From the NCBI GenBank assembly GCA_963734535.1, contig CAVTHS010000006.1:1-64000 (forward strand): a stretch of DNA of 64,000 nucleotides. The letters are read 5' to 3'. A program made the translations under genes and the position numbers. This document shows, piece after piece, positions 31,318 to 43,895 of this stretch. The stretch's first letter is position 1. Each line of letters begins with the position of its first letter. This DNA is from an uncultured Chloroflexia bacterium. Lineage in GTDB: Bacteria; Chloroflexota; Limnocylindria; Limnocylindrales; CSP1-4. The notes beneath the pieces are model-generated. The model had not been told where the DNA came from and searched no databases. It worked only from the letters and a program-made list of their open reading frames with translations.

Positions 31318-32184
31318 TCAGCCGCCGACTGCCAGCATGATTGCCCCTGCGGCGATGCCCGCGGCACCGCCCAGTCGCCACGCGGCCCCGTCGCGCTCGC
31401 CAAGGCGCAGGACGCCCCACCCGGCCGCCAGGACGGTCGCCGACTCGCGGAGGGGCGCCACGCCCGCGAGCGGGGCGATCGCGAGGGCCGTGAGGACGAG
31501 CGTGTAGCCCGCGACCATGAAGATCCCCGCGCCGAGCGGGCGGCGCCAGCCCGGGTCTGCGTCGCCGCCACGAACGGGCTTCGCGCCGACGATCCGGAGC
31601 GGCGCGATGGCGAGGACGGCAGCGAGCCCGATGCTGCCGCCCGCGAAGAGCAGCCACCCGTAGAGCCAGGCGGGTCCCGTCCGCGCCCCCAGCCGGTCCA
31701 CGAACGTATAGGCGGCGATCAGGACGCCGATGGCCAGGGCGGGGGCGAGGGAGCGTCGGGCGGCCCCCGGCACGGCAGCCGCGAGCGTCCCGCCCAGGAG
31801 GAAGCCGACGCCGGCGAGCTGCAGGGGCGCGAGCTTCTCGCCAAGTATCGCGATCCCGATCAGGGCGCCGAGCAGCGCCGCTGATCCGCGCGCCACCGGG
31901 TAGACGGTCGAGAGAGCGCCGCCGCGGTAGGCGGCGCCCAGGGCGACCCAGTAGACGACCTCGAGGAAGACCGAGATCGTCACGAGCGGCAGCGCGCTGT
32001 CCGTGAACCCGGGCCGCCCGTCGAGGAGCCAGGCCGCAGCCGCGAACGGGGTCGCGACCGCCGTGCCGAGCCAGACGGCGCGCGCCGTCGCACGCAGCGG
32101 CTCGCCCGACGACTTGACCGATGCGTTCCACGCCGCGTGCAGCAGCGCAGCGAGCAGGACGAGGACGGTCGCAGCCAGCGGCAT
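31318..32184 (-). CDS. EamA/DMT family transporter
   Basis: AALLHAAWN, YPVARG, LGE..., APLRES; about 10 TM segments. Confidence 0.88.
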   Translation of the reverse strand: MPLAATVLVLLAALLHAAWNASVKSSGEPLRATARAVWLGTAVATPFAAAAWLLDGRPGFTDSALPLVTISVFLEVVYWVALGAAYRGGALSTVYPVARGSAALLGALIGIAILGEKLAPLQLAGVGFLLGGTLAAAVPGAARRSLAPALAIGVLIAAYTFVDRLGARTGPAWLYGWLLFAGGSIGLAAVLAIAPLRIVGAKPVRGGDADPGWRRPLGAGIFMVAGYTLVLTALAIAPLAGVAPLRESATVLAAGWGVLRLGERDGAAWRLGGAAGIAAGAIMLAVGG

Positions 32185-32425
32185 CAGGCGAGTCTACGAG
32201 CCGCGCCCGGCGCGCGAGGGTCCCGTGGCGGGGCGACGACGGGGCCACCGCACGCGATCGCCGTGCCGTCCCGGATCACGCAGCCGTCATTCGCCTGGAG
32301 GCTGCCGCGGGCGTCCGGCCCGTCGCCGGGCCCAGGAATCGTGCGACCCCGGGCGATGCCCGGGGTCGTAGAGGTCGTGCGGCGGGTAGTGGCGCCGATT
32401 CGCGGGCGCCGACGGCCTTCTCGGC

Positions 32426-33171
32426 CTACTTCTTCGGCGTCGCCTTGGCCTTGGCAGGTGCCTTGGCCTTGGCCGGTGCCTTGGCCTTGGCCGGTGCCTT
32501 GGCCTTGCGGCGTCGGCGTCGGCGATCTTCGCCTTCGGTGCCGACTTGGCGGCTGCCTTCGGCTTTGCGGGCGCCTTGGCGGCGGCAGCGGCCCTCGGGG
32601 CGGGCTTGGCCGCCGGCTTCTCGGCCAGGGTCGTGGCGGCCTTCGATGTGGCACGAACGCGCGCCCTGGGGGCGGTGGCCGGCGCCGGTGTGGCCGCCTT
32701 GGTCGCCTCGACGTCGGTCCGGCCAGCCCGCGCGATGGCGGCCTTGGCCTTCCCGGCTGCCGTCTGGGCGCCCTTGGCCTTCGCCGCCTTGCCGGCCGCG
32801 ATGCGTGCCTTGGCGGCCTTCGCCGCGGCTGCGGTGCCGGTGATCTTGGTGATCTTGGCCGCTGTCTGGACGGATGCGCCGCCGATCGCGGCCGCCACCT
32901 TGCGGGCCAGGCGTGACTTGCGCCGCGCTGCCGTGTTCGGGTGGAGGGCGCCGACCTTGGCGGCCTTGTCGAGCGCGCTCATGGCCTCGGCGAGCGAGAC
33001 GGTCGCGTCGCCCTCGACCTGGCCGGTCGCGATCCTGAGGGTCTTGGTGACGAGGGTCTTGGCCTTCGTGCGCCGCGGGGCGTTGATCGCCTCACGACGT
33101 TCGGCCTGACGGACCCGCTTCAGGCCGGACGGCGTCCGTGTGCCGGTCCAGCCGCGGGGCGAGTGAGCCAC
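32426..33171 (-). CDS. rpsT: 30S ribosomal protein S20 with a long Ala/Lys/Pro-rich C-terminal extension (one frameshift near 32508)
   Basis: SGLKRVRQAERR..N...KT, LDKAAKVGALHPNTAARRKSRL S20 core, divergent from lepA. The tail ends KAKAPAKAKAPAKAKAPAKAKATPKK-TAG. Confidence 0.88.
32442..32506 (-). repeat. 18-bp tandem repeat encoding KAKAPA (about 3.5 copies)
   Basis: GCCTTGGCCTTGGC(A/C)GGT repeated on the plus strand. Confidence 0.85.
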
Positions 33172-33415
33172 TGGCGTTCGGTCCTCTGGTGGGGAAGGAT
33201 TGTCCTTGGGTGGGTGCCGCGCAGCGGGAGAGGACACCGCGACGGCGCGACCGCGAATGGTACCAGACGCGCCGGGGGGCGACCAATGTCTTGTCCCTGC
33301 TCAGTGAATCTGTCAGGGCGAACAATGGCTCGCCAGGGCGGTCCGGGTGGCGGCCATTGACCCGCCGGTGATGCCCGTTCGCGGGCCCGACAGCGTCCGC
33401 TACACTCGCAGCCCG

Positions 33416-35230
33416 ATGTCGATCCCCCAGTCACGCCTGCGCAACTTCTCGATCATCGCCCACATCGATCACGGCAAGTCGACGCTGGCGGACCGCCTGC
33501 TCGAGCAGACCCACACGATCGACCCCCGGCAGATGACCAGCCAGGTCCTCGACTCGATGGACCTCGAGCGCGAGAAGGGGATCACGATCAAGGCGCGCGC
33601 GGTCCGGATGGAGTACGCGGCCGCCGACGGCCTGGTCTACGGCCTCAACCTCATCGACACGCCCGGCCACGTCGACTTCGCCTACGAGGTGAGCCACAGC
33701 CTGCAGGCCTGCGAGGGCGCCGTCCTCGTCATCGACGCGTCCCAGGGGATCGAGGCCCAGACGCTCGCCAACGTCCACCTGGCGCTCCGCCAGGACCTCG
33801 TGATCGTGCCGGTCATCAACAAGATCGACCTGCCGTCGGCGCAGCCGGACGTCGTGATGGACGAGCTGGAGAACGTCCTGGCCATCCCGCGCGAGGAGGT
33901 CCTCCTGGCGTCGGCGAAGGACGGAACCGGGATCATCGAGATCCTGGAGGCGATCGTGGCCCGAGTGCCTCCGCCGAAAGGGAATCCCCGGGGTCACCTC
34001 CGCGGGCTGGTCTTCGACTCCCACTACGACCAGTACAAGGGCGTCGTGACCTACGTCCGCCTGGCGGAGGGCACCATCCACGAGCACTCGCGGATCCGCA
34101 TGATGGGCTCGGGAGCGGAGACCGAGATCCTGGAGCTGGGCGTGTTCCGCCCGCAGCTCGTCCCGGTGCAGCAGCTCGCAGCGGGGGAGGTCGGCTACAT
34201 CGCGACGGGCCTCAAGAGCGTCCGCGACGCGCAGGTCGGCGACACGGTCACCGACGCCGCGGCCCCCGCCTCCGAGCCGTTGCCGGGCTATCTGCCCGCC
34301 AAGAGCCTGGTCTTCGCGGGGATCTACCCGATCTCCGGCGAGGATTACCCGCTCCTCCGCGACGCGATGGAGAAGCTGCACCTCAACGACGCCAGCTTCA
34401 CGTTCGAGGCCGAGAGCTCGATCGCCCTCGGCTTCGGCTTCCGCTGCGGCTTCCTTGGCCTCCTCCACATGGAGATCGTCCAGGAGCGACTGGAACGCGA
34501 GTTCTCGCTGGAGCTCATCGCGTCGGCGCCGTCGGTGGAGTACCGGGTCACGCCCATGGGGGGCGGGCCCGTCCTCGCCGTCGACAACCCCGCCCTCATG
34601 CCCTCGGCCGGCGAGATCGAGACGATCGAGGAGCCATGGGTGAAGCTCTCGGTGATCACCCCCTCGACGTACATCGGCCCGCTCATGGAGCTGTCCACGA
34701 ACCGACGCGGCACCTTCACCAGCATGGAGTACCTCGACCCCACCCGGGTCCTCCTCTCCTTCGAGATGCCGCTCGCGGAGCTGATCATCGACTACTTCGA
34801 CCAGCTCAAGAGCCGCAGTCAGGGCTACGCGTCGATGGACTACGAGGAGCTGGGCTACCGCGCGGCGCGCCTCGTCAAGCTCGACGTGCTGGTGAACGGC
34901 GAGCCCGTGGACGCCCTGTCCCTGATCGTGCACCGGGACAAGGCCCAGACCGCCGGCCGGCAGCTCACCGAGAAGCTGAAGGAGCTCATCCCGCGCCAGA
35001 TGTTCGAGGTGCCCGTGCAGGCCGCGATCGGGTCCACGGTGGTGGCGCGGGAGACCATCCGCGCGATGCGCAAGAACGTCCTCGCCAAGTGCTACGGTGG
35101 CGACATCACGCGGAAGCGGAAGCTGCTGGAGAAGCAGAAGGAAGGCAAGCAGCGCATGAAGCGCGTCGGATCCGTGGAGATCCCGCAGGAGGCCTTCCTC
35201 GCCGTCCTGCGCATGGGCGAGACCGGCTAG
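33416..35230 (+). CDS. lepA: Translation elongation factor 4
   Basis: [52 protein letters not shown]. Confidence 0.98.
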   Translation: MSIPQSRLRNFSIIAHIDHGKSTLADRLLEQTHTIDPRQMTSQVLDSMDLEREKGITIKARAVRMEYAAADGLVYGLNLIDTPGHVDFAYEVSHSLQACEGAVLVIDASQGIEAQTLANVHLALRQDLVIVPVINKIDLPSAQPDVVMDELENVLAIPREEVLLASAKDGTGIIEILEAIVARVPPPKGNPRGHLRGLVFDSHYDQYKGVVTYVRLAEGTIHEHSRIRMMGSGAETEILELGVFRPQLVPVQQLAAGEVGYIATGLKSVRDAQVGDTVTDAAAPASEPLPGYLPAKSLVFAGIYPISGEDYPLLRDAMEKLHLNDASFTFEAESSIALGFGFRCGFLGLLHMEIVQERLEREFSLELIASAPSVEYRVTPMGGGPVLAVDNPALMPSAGEIETIEEPWVKLSVITPSTYIGPLMELSTNRRGTFTSMEYLDPTRVLLSFEMPLAELIIDYFDQLKSRSQGYASMDYEELGYRAARLVKLDVLVNGEPVDALSLIVHRDKAQTAGRQLTEKLKELIPRQMFEVPVQAAIGSTVVARETIRAMRKNVLAKCYGGDITRKRKLLEKQKEGKQRMKRVGSVEIPQEAFLAVLRMGETG

Positions 35231-35246
35231 GCGCCGCGGCCGTCCG

Positions 35247-36011
35247 GTGGAGGAGCTGCTCCGCGCTCTCGTGACGCTCGGCATCGCGGGCCTGCTGTGC
35301 CTCCTGCGCCTCGAGGCCGCCACGTTCCGCGCCGCGGAGTACGACGAGCCGTCCGCGGACGGACGGGCAAGCACGTTCCGCCTTCGGATGGGCTGGTACG
35401 TGCTGGGGCTCTCCATGGTCGTGGCGGCCCTGGTCATCCACCCGGCGCCCGCCAGCGACCTCCTTCTCGGGCCGGGCGATCGGGCCGGCGCGATCCTCGG
35501 CGGTTTCGCGCTCGGGGCCATCGGGACGGGGCAGGCGGTGCTCTTCGCACGACGCCGCTACGCCCGGCTGCGGATGCCTCCTCTCTGGTCGTACCCGGAC
35601 GCCCTGCTCAACGCGCTCGGGACCGCGCTCATCGACGAGGCCACCTTCCGTGGCCTCGTCCTGGGCTTCCTTCTCCTGGCCGGCATCGATCCGACCCTCG
35701 CGATCATCGCCCAGGCCCTCCTCTATGTGCTCGCCACGCGCACGGCCGCCCCGGGCCGCAGCCCCTACGTCTTCGGCCTCGCGCTGTGGATGGGGCTCGC
35801 CGCGGGCTGGCTGACGGTGGTCACGGGCGGAATCGGCGCGGCATTCCTGGGGCACGCGGTCACCCGGATCGCCGTCTTCGTGTGCACCGGCCACGCCGGT
35901 CAGCCGGCGGCGCGCGGCCACGAGGCCGAGGACTCGTGGGAGTACCGACGATCGCCGGACGGATGGAGGCAGGCGGAGAGCCCGGGCGAGGAGGCGCGGG
36001 CGGATCGATGA
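35247..36011 (+). CDS. CPBP/Abi family intramembrane protease-like protein
   Basis: Multi-TM, DEATFRG (EExxFRG-like), C-terminal GH motif. Confidence 0.7.
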   Translation: MEELLRALVTLGIAGLLCLLRLEAATFRAAEYDEPSADGRASTFRLRMGWYVLGLSMVVAALVIHPAPASDLLLGPGDRAGAILGGFALGAIGTGQAVLFARRRYARLRMPPLWSYPDALLNALGTALIDEATFRGLVLGFLLLAGIDPTLAIIAQALLYVLATRTAAPGRSPYVFGLALWMGLAAGWLTVVTGGIGAAFLGHAVTRIAVFVCTGHAGQPAARGHEAEDSWEYRRSPDGWRQAESPGEEARADR

Positions 36012-37252
36012 CGAGCGGCGACGGGCCGGCGCCCACGGCCCCGGTCGCCCTGTACATGCATGTCCCCTTCTGCCGTTCGCTCTGCCCGTACTGCGACTTC
36101 GTGGTCGTTGCCGGCGCAGCGGCCGTGGGTCCGCGCAGTCGCGTCGCCGGCTACCTTCGCGCCGTCGGGGTCGAGCTGGACCTGCGCGCGAACGCGCTCG
36201 ACGCGGCATTCGGGGCGCCGGGAAGCTCCACGCGGCCGCGCCTCGAGACCGTCTACCTCGGCGGCGGGACGCCGTCGCTGCTGCCAGGCGAGGCGATCGC
36301 CGGGCTGCTCGACCAGGTCCGAGCCCGCTACGGGATCGCGCCCGGTGCGGAGGTCACGCTCGAGGCCAACCCGGGGCGTGACGACCGGGGAGACCTGGCC
36401 GGCCTGGCGAGGGCCGGCATCACGCGGATCTCGATCGGTGCCCAGAGCCTCCAGCCCGACGAGCTCCGGGCGCTCGGCCGGCGTCACCGCCCGGCCGATG
36501 TCGCCGCGACGGTCGCCGCGGCACGCGACGCGGGCATCGCCAGCGTGAGCCTGGACCTGCTCTACGACGTCCCGGGCCAGACGCTCGCGAGCTGGACGGA
36601 GACGCTGGAGGCCGCCGTCGCGCTCGGGCCCGACCACGTCTCGGCCTACGCGCTGACGCTCGACGATCCCGAGGCCGAGGGCATCGCGGGGCCGACCGGC
36701 GATCACCTTCCCACCCCGCCAGGCGCCAGGCGGTGGCGCGCATCGGCACGCGCGGCACAGGACGAGGACCGGGCCGCCGGGGCCTACGGGCTTGCCGATG
36801 CGCTGCTCGAGGGGAGCGGCTATCCGTGGTACGAGCTCTCGAACTGGGCGCGCCCCGGTCACGAGAGCCGGCACAACCTCGTCTACTGGGAGCGTCGACC
36901 CTACGCCGCCGTGGGTCCCGGGGCGCATTCCTTCGACGGCGCGACGCGACGCTGGAACGGCGCACGCCTCGATGCGTGGACGGCCGCGCTCGCGCCCGCC
37001 TCGGCGGAGGTCGCGCCGAGGCTGCCGCCGGGCGGATCGGAGCCGGTGGATGCGGCGGCGGCCGAGACGGAGGCCCTGTTTCTCGGTCTGCGCCTCGCGC
37101 GCGGCATCCCGCGCGAGGTCGCGCTCGGCAGGATCGAGGCCTTCGCATGGGCCACCGAGCATGGCCTCGTGGAGGACCGCCCGGGGGACCGCGTGCGCCT
37201 GACCCTCCGCGGACGGCTCCTTTCCAACGAGCTCTTCTCCCGCCTCGTCTGA
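36008..37252 (+). CDS. hemW: Radical SAM heme chaperone HemW (HemN-like)
   Basis: YMHVPFCRSLCPYCDF, GGGTPS, EANP, RISIGAQS, YELSNWA, HNLVYW. Confidence 0.93.
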   Translation: MTSGDGPAPTAPVALYMHVPFCRSLCPYCDFVVVAGAAAVGPRSRVAGYLRAVGVELDLRANALDAAFGAPGSSTRPRLETVYLGGGTPSLLPGEAIAGLLDQVRARYGIAPGAEVTLEANPGRDDRGDLAGLARAGITRISIGAQSLQPDELRALGRRHRPADVAATVAAARDAGIASVSLDLLYDVPGQTLASWTETLEAAVALGPDHVSAYALTLDDPEAEGIAGPTGDHLPTPPGARRWRASARAAQDEDRAAGAYGLADALLEGSGYPWYELSNWARPGHESRHNLVYWERRPYAAVGPGAHSFDGATRRWNGARLDAWTAALAPASAEVAPRLPPGGSEPVDAAAAETEALFLGLRLARGIPREVALGRIEAFAWATEHGLVEDRPGDRVRLTLRGRLLSNELFSRLV

Positions 37253-37285
37253 CCTCGCCCTTCCGAGCCGCACGGGTGCACACGA

Positions 37286-37315
37286 TTGACACGCGCGCGC
37301 GTCCCCTGCTACGAT
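37286..37315 (+). promoter_or_regulatory. sigmaA promoter of the hrcA operon
   Basis: TTGACA-18 nt-TACGAT with an extended -10 TG. Confidence 0.75.
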
Positions 37316-37327
37316 CCGTCCGAGCAG

Positions 37328-37354
37328 TTGGCACTCTATAGAGGAGAGTGCTAA
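37328..37354. promoter_or_regulatory. CIRCE element 1 (HrcA operator)
   Basis: TTGGCACTC-N9-GAGTGCTAA. Confidence 0.95.
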
Positions 37355-37360
37355 CAGGAT

Positions 37361-37387
37361 CTGGCACTCGCACCGACTGAGTGCCAA
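37361..37387. promoter_or_regulatory. CIRCE element 2 (HrcA operator)
   Basis: CTGGCACTC-N9-GAGTGCCAA. Confidence 0.9.
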
Positions 37388-37403
37388 CAGGAGCAGGACA
37401 CCC

Positions 37404-38477
37404 GTGACTCGTGGCATTCGACGCAGCTCCGGCCCGCTGGACCAGCGGGCCCAGGTGATCCTGCGCGCCGTCATCGAGGAGTACATCACGAGCGCGGCCC
37501 CGGTTGGCTCGCAGATGCTCGTCGAGCGGTATCGCTTGCAGGTGAGCTCGGCGACCGTCCGGGCGATCCTGGCGGAGCTCGAGATGGAAGGGCTGCTCTC
37601 GCACCCGCACACGTCCGCCGGCCGCGTTCCGACCGACGCCGGCTACCGCTTCTACGTGGAGGGCCTGATGGGCGAGGTCCCCCTCTCGCCCATCGAGCAG
37701 CTCACGATCCGCCACCAGTTCGGGCAGGTGGAGTTCGCCTCGGACCAGTGGTTCCGGCTGGCTGCCACCACGCTCGCGTCCGCGACGCGCTCGGCGGGCA
37801 TCGCGACCCCGGCCAAGCCGCGTGCCGCGCAGATCCGGCGCTTTGAGCTGCTCATGATCGGCGACCGCATGGCGAGCCTGATCATCGTCCTCAACGAGGG
37901 GACCCTGAAGCAGACGCTCCTGACGCTCGACCCGGCGACAACCGAGAGGGAGCTCGACGAGGCTGCTCGCCGCCTCAACGCGTCGTGCGCCGGGAGGAGC
38001 GCTGCTGACGTCGCCGAGCACCTCCGCTGGTTCGACCAGGCCCCGCCCGACGACGCGATCTTCGCGCTTGTCCGCCGTGCCGGCGATCGCGCGCTGCGCC
38101 TCCTCCGCGAGTTCGACGCCGCGAGCGTCGAGCAGCTCTTCAGCGACGGCCTGCTCAACGTCATGGCGGCCCCCGAGTTCGCCAGCTCCGAGAAGCTGCG
38201 GCGTGTCTTCGAGGCGCTCGAGAACCGGAGCTACTTCGCCGAGCTCTTCGACGCCGTCACCATCGACGGGGGCCTGCGGGTCTACATCGGGCGGGAGAAC
38301 CGTCCCGACGAGATGGCGGACGTGAGCCTCGTGATCGGACCGTACGGCCGCCCCGGTGCCGCCGTGGGTTTCGTGGGCGTGCTGGGTCCCACCCGCCTCC
38401 GGTACCCGCAGGCGATCGGGACCGTGCGCTTCGTGTCCGGCCTCATGAACGATCTCGTGGATCACCTCTACACCTGA
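37404..38477 (+). CDS. hrcA: Heat-inducible transcription repressor HrcA
   Basis: PVGS, SSATVR, PHTSAGRVPTDAGYRFYV, GVLGPTR. Confidence 0.97.
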   Translation: MTRGIRRSSGPLDQRAQVILRAVIEEYITSAAPVGSQMLVERYRLQVSSATVRAILAELEMEGLLSHPHTSAGRVPTDAGYRFYVEGLMGEVPLSPIEQLTIRHQFGQVEFASDQWFRLAATTLASATRSAGIATPAKPRAAQIRRFELLMIGDRMASLIIVLNEGTLKQTLLTLDPATTERELDEAARRLNASCAGRSAADVAEHLRWFDQAPPDDAIFALVRRAGDRALRLLREFDAASVEQLFSDGLLNVMAAPEFASSEKLRRVFEALENRSYFAELFDAVTIDGGLRVYIGRENRPDEMADVSLVIGPYGRPGAAVGFVGVLGPTRLRYPQAIGTVRFVSGLMNDLVDHLYT

Positions 38478-38493
38478 ACCGCAGGGACACACC

Positions 38494-39072
38494 ATGCCGA
38501 ACCATCCTGACCAGCCCGTGCCGCGCCGCCGGACGCGCGCCGATGACCGGATCGCGGAGCTCGACGTGAGCGCCACGTCGCTTCTCGCCCAGGTCGAGAC
38601 GCTGACGGCCGAGCGTGATGCCGCGCTCGCCAGGGCCGACGAGAACCTCCTGACCGCCCAGCGGGCGGCCGCCGACTACGCGAACCTCAAGCGCCGCTCG
38701 GAGGCCGACCGGGAGCGCGATCTCGACCGCGCCCGCGAGAGCCTGCTGTCGCGCGTCGTGGAGCTCGCCGACGACTTCGACCTGGCCCTCGACCACCTGC
38801 CGCCCGAGGCGCGCGACAACCCGTGGCTCGAGGGGATCGTGGCCATCGACCGGAAGCTGCGGGCGCTCCTGGAGCGCGAGGGCGTCACGCCGATCGAGGC
38901 GCTCGGGCGGCCATTCGACCCGAACGAGCACGAGGCCCTGAGCCACGTGTCCGGGAGCGGCGCTCCCGAGGGCGACGTCGTGCTGGAGATCCGGCGCGGC
39001 TATCTCCTGCGGGACCGCGTGCTCCGCCCGGCGCTGGTCGCCGTCAGCGACGGCAGCCCGCGCCTGAACTGA
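38494..39072 (+). CDS. grpE: Nucleotide exchange factor GrpE
   Basis: [31 protein letters not shown]. Confidence 0.96.
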   Translation: MPNHPDQPVPRRRTRADDRIAELDVSATSLLAQVETLTAERDAALARADENLLTAQRAAADYANLKRRSEADRERDLDRARESLLSRVVELADDFDLALDHLPPEARDNPWLEGIVAIDRKLRALLEREGVTPIEALGRPFDPNEHEALSHVSGSGAPEGDVVLEIRRGYLLRDRVLRPALVAVSDGSPRLN

Positions 39073-39122
39073 CCATCCACCCACCCCCAACCCCACCCCG
39101 AACACCAGGAGACCTGCACGCA

Positions 39123-41060
<1,938 letters not shown>

Positions 41061-41198
41061 CCCCGGCGCCGCGCCAGCGGCGCCGCCTGCCGACGCTCAA
41101 GCGCACGAGGCCCGGCTCAGCCCGGGCCTCGCGATTCCCGGACCCGCCGGCGAACCGCGGTTGGCCCCTCGCCGCGTCGCCGGATACACTCGGCTCCC

Positions 41199-42137
41199 AT
41201 GCTCGAGACGCCGACCGCGCCGCTGATCCGTGCCCGCGCGCTCACGAAACGCTTCGGGGCGTTCACGGCCGTGGACGCCATCGACTTCGACGTGGCGCCC
41301 GGCGAGGCGTTCGGATTCCTCGGCCCGAACGGCGCCGGCAAGACGTCCGCCATGCGCATGATCGGGTGCGTCTCGCCCGTGTCGGGCGGCGAGCTGTCCG
41401 TCCTGGGCATGGACCCGCGCGCCGACGGGCCGTCGATTCGCGCCCGCCTCGGGGTCGTGCCGCAACAGGACACGCTGGACATGGAGCTCACGGTCTCCGA
41501 GAACCTGTCGATCTACGGGCGCTACTTCGGCCTTCCTCGCCGCCTCATCCGCGAGCGGGTCGCCGACCTGCTCGAGTTCGTGCAGCTCTCCGAGCGGGCC
41601 CGTGACCAGGTCGAGTCGCTCTCGGGCGGGATGAAGCGGCGGCTCACGATCGCGCGCAGCCTGATCAACGAACCGGAGCTGCTGCTCCTCGACGAGCCGA
41701 CGACCGGCCTCGACCCGCAGGCCCGCCACCTCCTCTGGGACCGGCTCTACCGGCTCAAGCAGAAGGGCGTCACCCTCGTCCTGACGACGCACTACATGGA
41801 CGAGGCCGAGCAGCTGTGCGACCGGCTGGTGGTGATGGACAAGGCGCGAATCGTCGCCGAGGGCTCGCCGCGCCAGCTGATCGAGCAGCACAGCAGCCGC
41901 GAGGTCCTGGAGATGCGCTTCCCGGTCGGGGTCCAGGACTCGCTCGACGGCGCGCTCGACGGGCTCGGCGATCGCGTGGAGCGCCTCCCGGACCGCGTGC
42001 TCGTCTACGCGGACGACGGCGACGCCGCGGCGATCGCGGCGCACGAGCGGGGCCTGCGACCGGAGATGAGCCTGGTTCGCCGCTCCTCGCTCGAGGACGT
42101 CTTCCTCCGGCTGACCGGCCGGAGCCTGGTCGACTGA
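41199..42137 (+). CDS. ABC-2 exporter ATP-binding protein (NodI/DrrA-like)
   Basis: GPNGAGKT, LSGGMKRR, LLDEPTTGLDPQ, TTHYMDEAE. Confidence 0.92.
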   Translation: MLETPTAPLIRARALTKRFGAFTAVDAIDFDVAPGEAFGFLGPNGAGKTSAMRMIGCVSPVSGGELSVLGMDPRADGPSIRARLGVVPQQDTLDMELTVSENLSIYGRYFGLPRRLIRERVADLLEFVQLSERARDQVESLSGGMKRRLTIARSLINEPELLLLDEPTTGLDPQARHLLWDRLYRLKQKGVTLVLTTHYMDEAEQLCDRLVVMDKARIVAEGSPRQLIEQHSSREVLEMRFPVGVQDSLDGALDGLGDRVERLPDRVLVYADDGDAAAIAAHERGLRPEMSLVRRSSLEDVFLRLTGRSLVD

Positions 42138-42144
42138 CGGCCAG

Positions 42145-42951
42145 ATGGCGCTGCCGCCGGCGCTCCGGGTGCTCGAGCACGAGCTGCTGCTCTATCGCCG
42201 CGTCTGGCGCGGGAGCATCGTCAGCTCGTTCCTGAATCCCGTCCTCTTCCTGGCCGCGATGGGCGTCGGCCTCGGCAGCTATGTCGGCCAGAATGCGGGG
42301 ACGGCGGGCGCGGCCTCGGGCGGCGGGGCCGCGGCGCTCGGCGGCGTGAGCTACCTCGTCTTCATCGCGCCGGGCCTGCTCGCCTCGACCGCGATGCAGA
42401 CGGCCGCCGGCGAATCGACCTTCCCGATCATGGGCGGCATCGTCTGGGACCGGACCTTCCTGGGGATGCTCACGACGCCGGTCCGGGTCCTCGACGTCCT
42501 GCTCGGCAAGATCGCCTACATCGGGCTCCGGCTGGCGCTCGTGTGCGGCGTCTTCTTCGTCGTGATGCTGCTCTTCGGCGCGACACACGGGCTCCAGGCG
42601 ATCCTCGCCGTGCCGGCTGCCGTCCTGACGGGCCTCGCGTTCACGACGCCGATCGTCGCGTACTCCGCCACGCAGAAGGACGCGACCGGCTTCAACGCGC
42701 TCTTCCGGTTCGGCGTGATCCCGCTCTTCCTGTTCTCCGGGACGTTCTTCCCGATCGCGCAGCTGCCCGGGATCCTGCAGCCGCTCGCCGTCATCACGCC
42801 GCTGTGGCATGGCGTGGACCTGTGCCGGACGCTTGCGCTCGGGACGGCCGATGTGCCGGGCGTGCTGATCCACGTGGCGTACCTCGGCGCGATGGCGGCC
42901 GGTGGCCTGGTCCTCGCCAATCGCACGTTCCGGCGCCGGCTCGAGCTGTGA
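42145..42951 (+). CDS. ABC-2 permease (NodJ-like)
   Basis: YLVFIAPG, PLFLFSGTFFP, TPLWHG; six TM segments. Confidence 0.9.
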   Translation: MALPPALRVLEHELLLYRRVWRGSIVSSFLNPVLFLAAMGVGLGSYVGQNAGTAGAASGGGAAALGGVSYLVFIAPGLLASTAMQTAAGESTFPIMGGIVWDRTFLGMLTTPVRVLDVLLGKIAYIGLRLALVCGVFFVVMLLFGATHGLQAILAVPAAVLTGLAFTTPIVAYSATQKDATGFNALFRFGVIPLFLFSGTFFPIAQLPGILQPLAVITPLWHGVDLCRTLALGTADVPGVLIHVAYLGAMAAGGLVLANRTFRRRLEL

Positions 42952-42961
42952 CGGAAGCGCC

Positions 42962-43765
42962 ATGGCCCTGATTGCCCGCGTCGTGCCGCCGGCCCTCCTC
43001 GGGGGCCGTCGCGCCGGCCTCCTGATCGAGCGCAACCTGGTGGTCTACCGGCGCGGCTGGCTCATGATCGTCTCGGGCTTCTTCGAGCCGCTCTTCTACC
43101 TCCTCTCGATCGGGCTCGGCATCGGCGCGCTGGTGGGGGCGATCCCGCTCGGCGACGGGCGCACGGTCCCCTACACGGCCTTCGTGGCACCGGCGCTCCT
43201 CGCCAGCTCCGCCATGAACGGCGCCATCTACGACTCGACCTTCAACGTCTTCTTCAAGCTGAAGTACGCCAAGACGTACGACGCGATCCTCGCGACGCCC
43301 GTCGGAGTGGCAGACGTGGCCGTGGGCGAGATCGGCTGGGCCCTCATCCGCGGCGCGCTCTACGCGGGCACGTTCCTGCTGGTGATGCTGGCGATGGGCC
43401 TCGTCCGCTCGCCCTGGGCGATCCTCGCCTTTCCGGCCTCGCTCCTGATCGGCTTCGCGTTCGGTGCCGCCGGAATGGCAGCGACATCGTTCATGCGGAC
43501 CTGGCAGGATTTCGACCTGGTCCAGCTCGTGATCCTGCCGCTGTTCCTCTTCTCCGGCACGTTCTACCCGGTCACGACCTACCCGGAGCCCATCCGCCTG
43601 CTCGTCGAGCTCACGCCGCTCTATCACGGGGTGGACCTCGTCCGTGGATTGACCACCGGTGCGCTGGGGCCGGGAATGCTCGTCCACGTGGCATACCTCA
43701 CGGTGATGGGCCTCGTCGGGCTGGCGATCACGTCGCGGCGCCTGGAACGGCTCCTCCTCAAGTAG
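42962..43765 (+). CDS. ABC-2 permease (NodJ-like)
   Basis: YTAFVAPA, YDAILATP, PLFLFSGTFYP, TPLYHG. Confidence 0.9.
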   Translation: MALIARVVPPALLGGRRAGLLIERNLVVYRRGWLMIVSGFFEPLFYLLSIGLGIGALVGAIPLGDGRTVPYTAFVAPALLASSAMNGAIYDSTFNVFFKLKYAKTYDAILATPVGVADVAVGEIGWALIRGALYAGTFLLVMLAMGLVRSPWAILAFPASLLIGFAFGAAGMAATSFMRTWQDFDLVQLVILPLFLFSGTFYPVTTYPEPIRLLVELTPLYHGVDLVRGLTTGALGPGMLVHVAYLTVMGLVGLAITSRRLERLLLK

Positions 43766-43895
43766 GCGCAGGACAGAACCGCCGGACCGCGCGGTCGCGG
43801 CGGTGCCCGCCTCGCCACGTGTGGGCGGGCGGCGACGGTCCGCGCTCCGCGACGGTTCGAGCGGCTGCGCAGCACGGGGCGTATCCTGCGACGCC

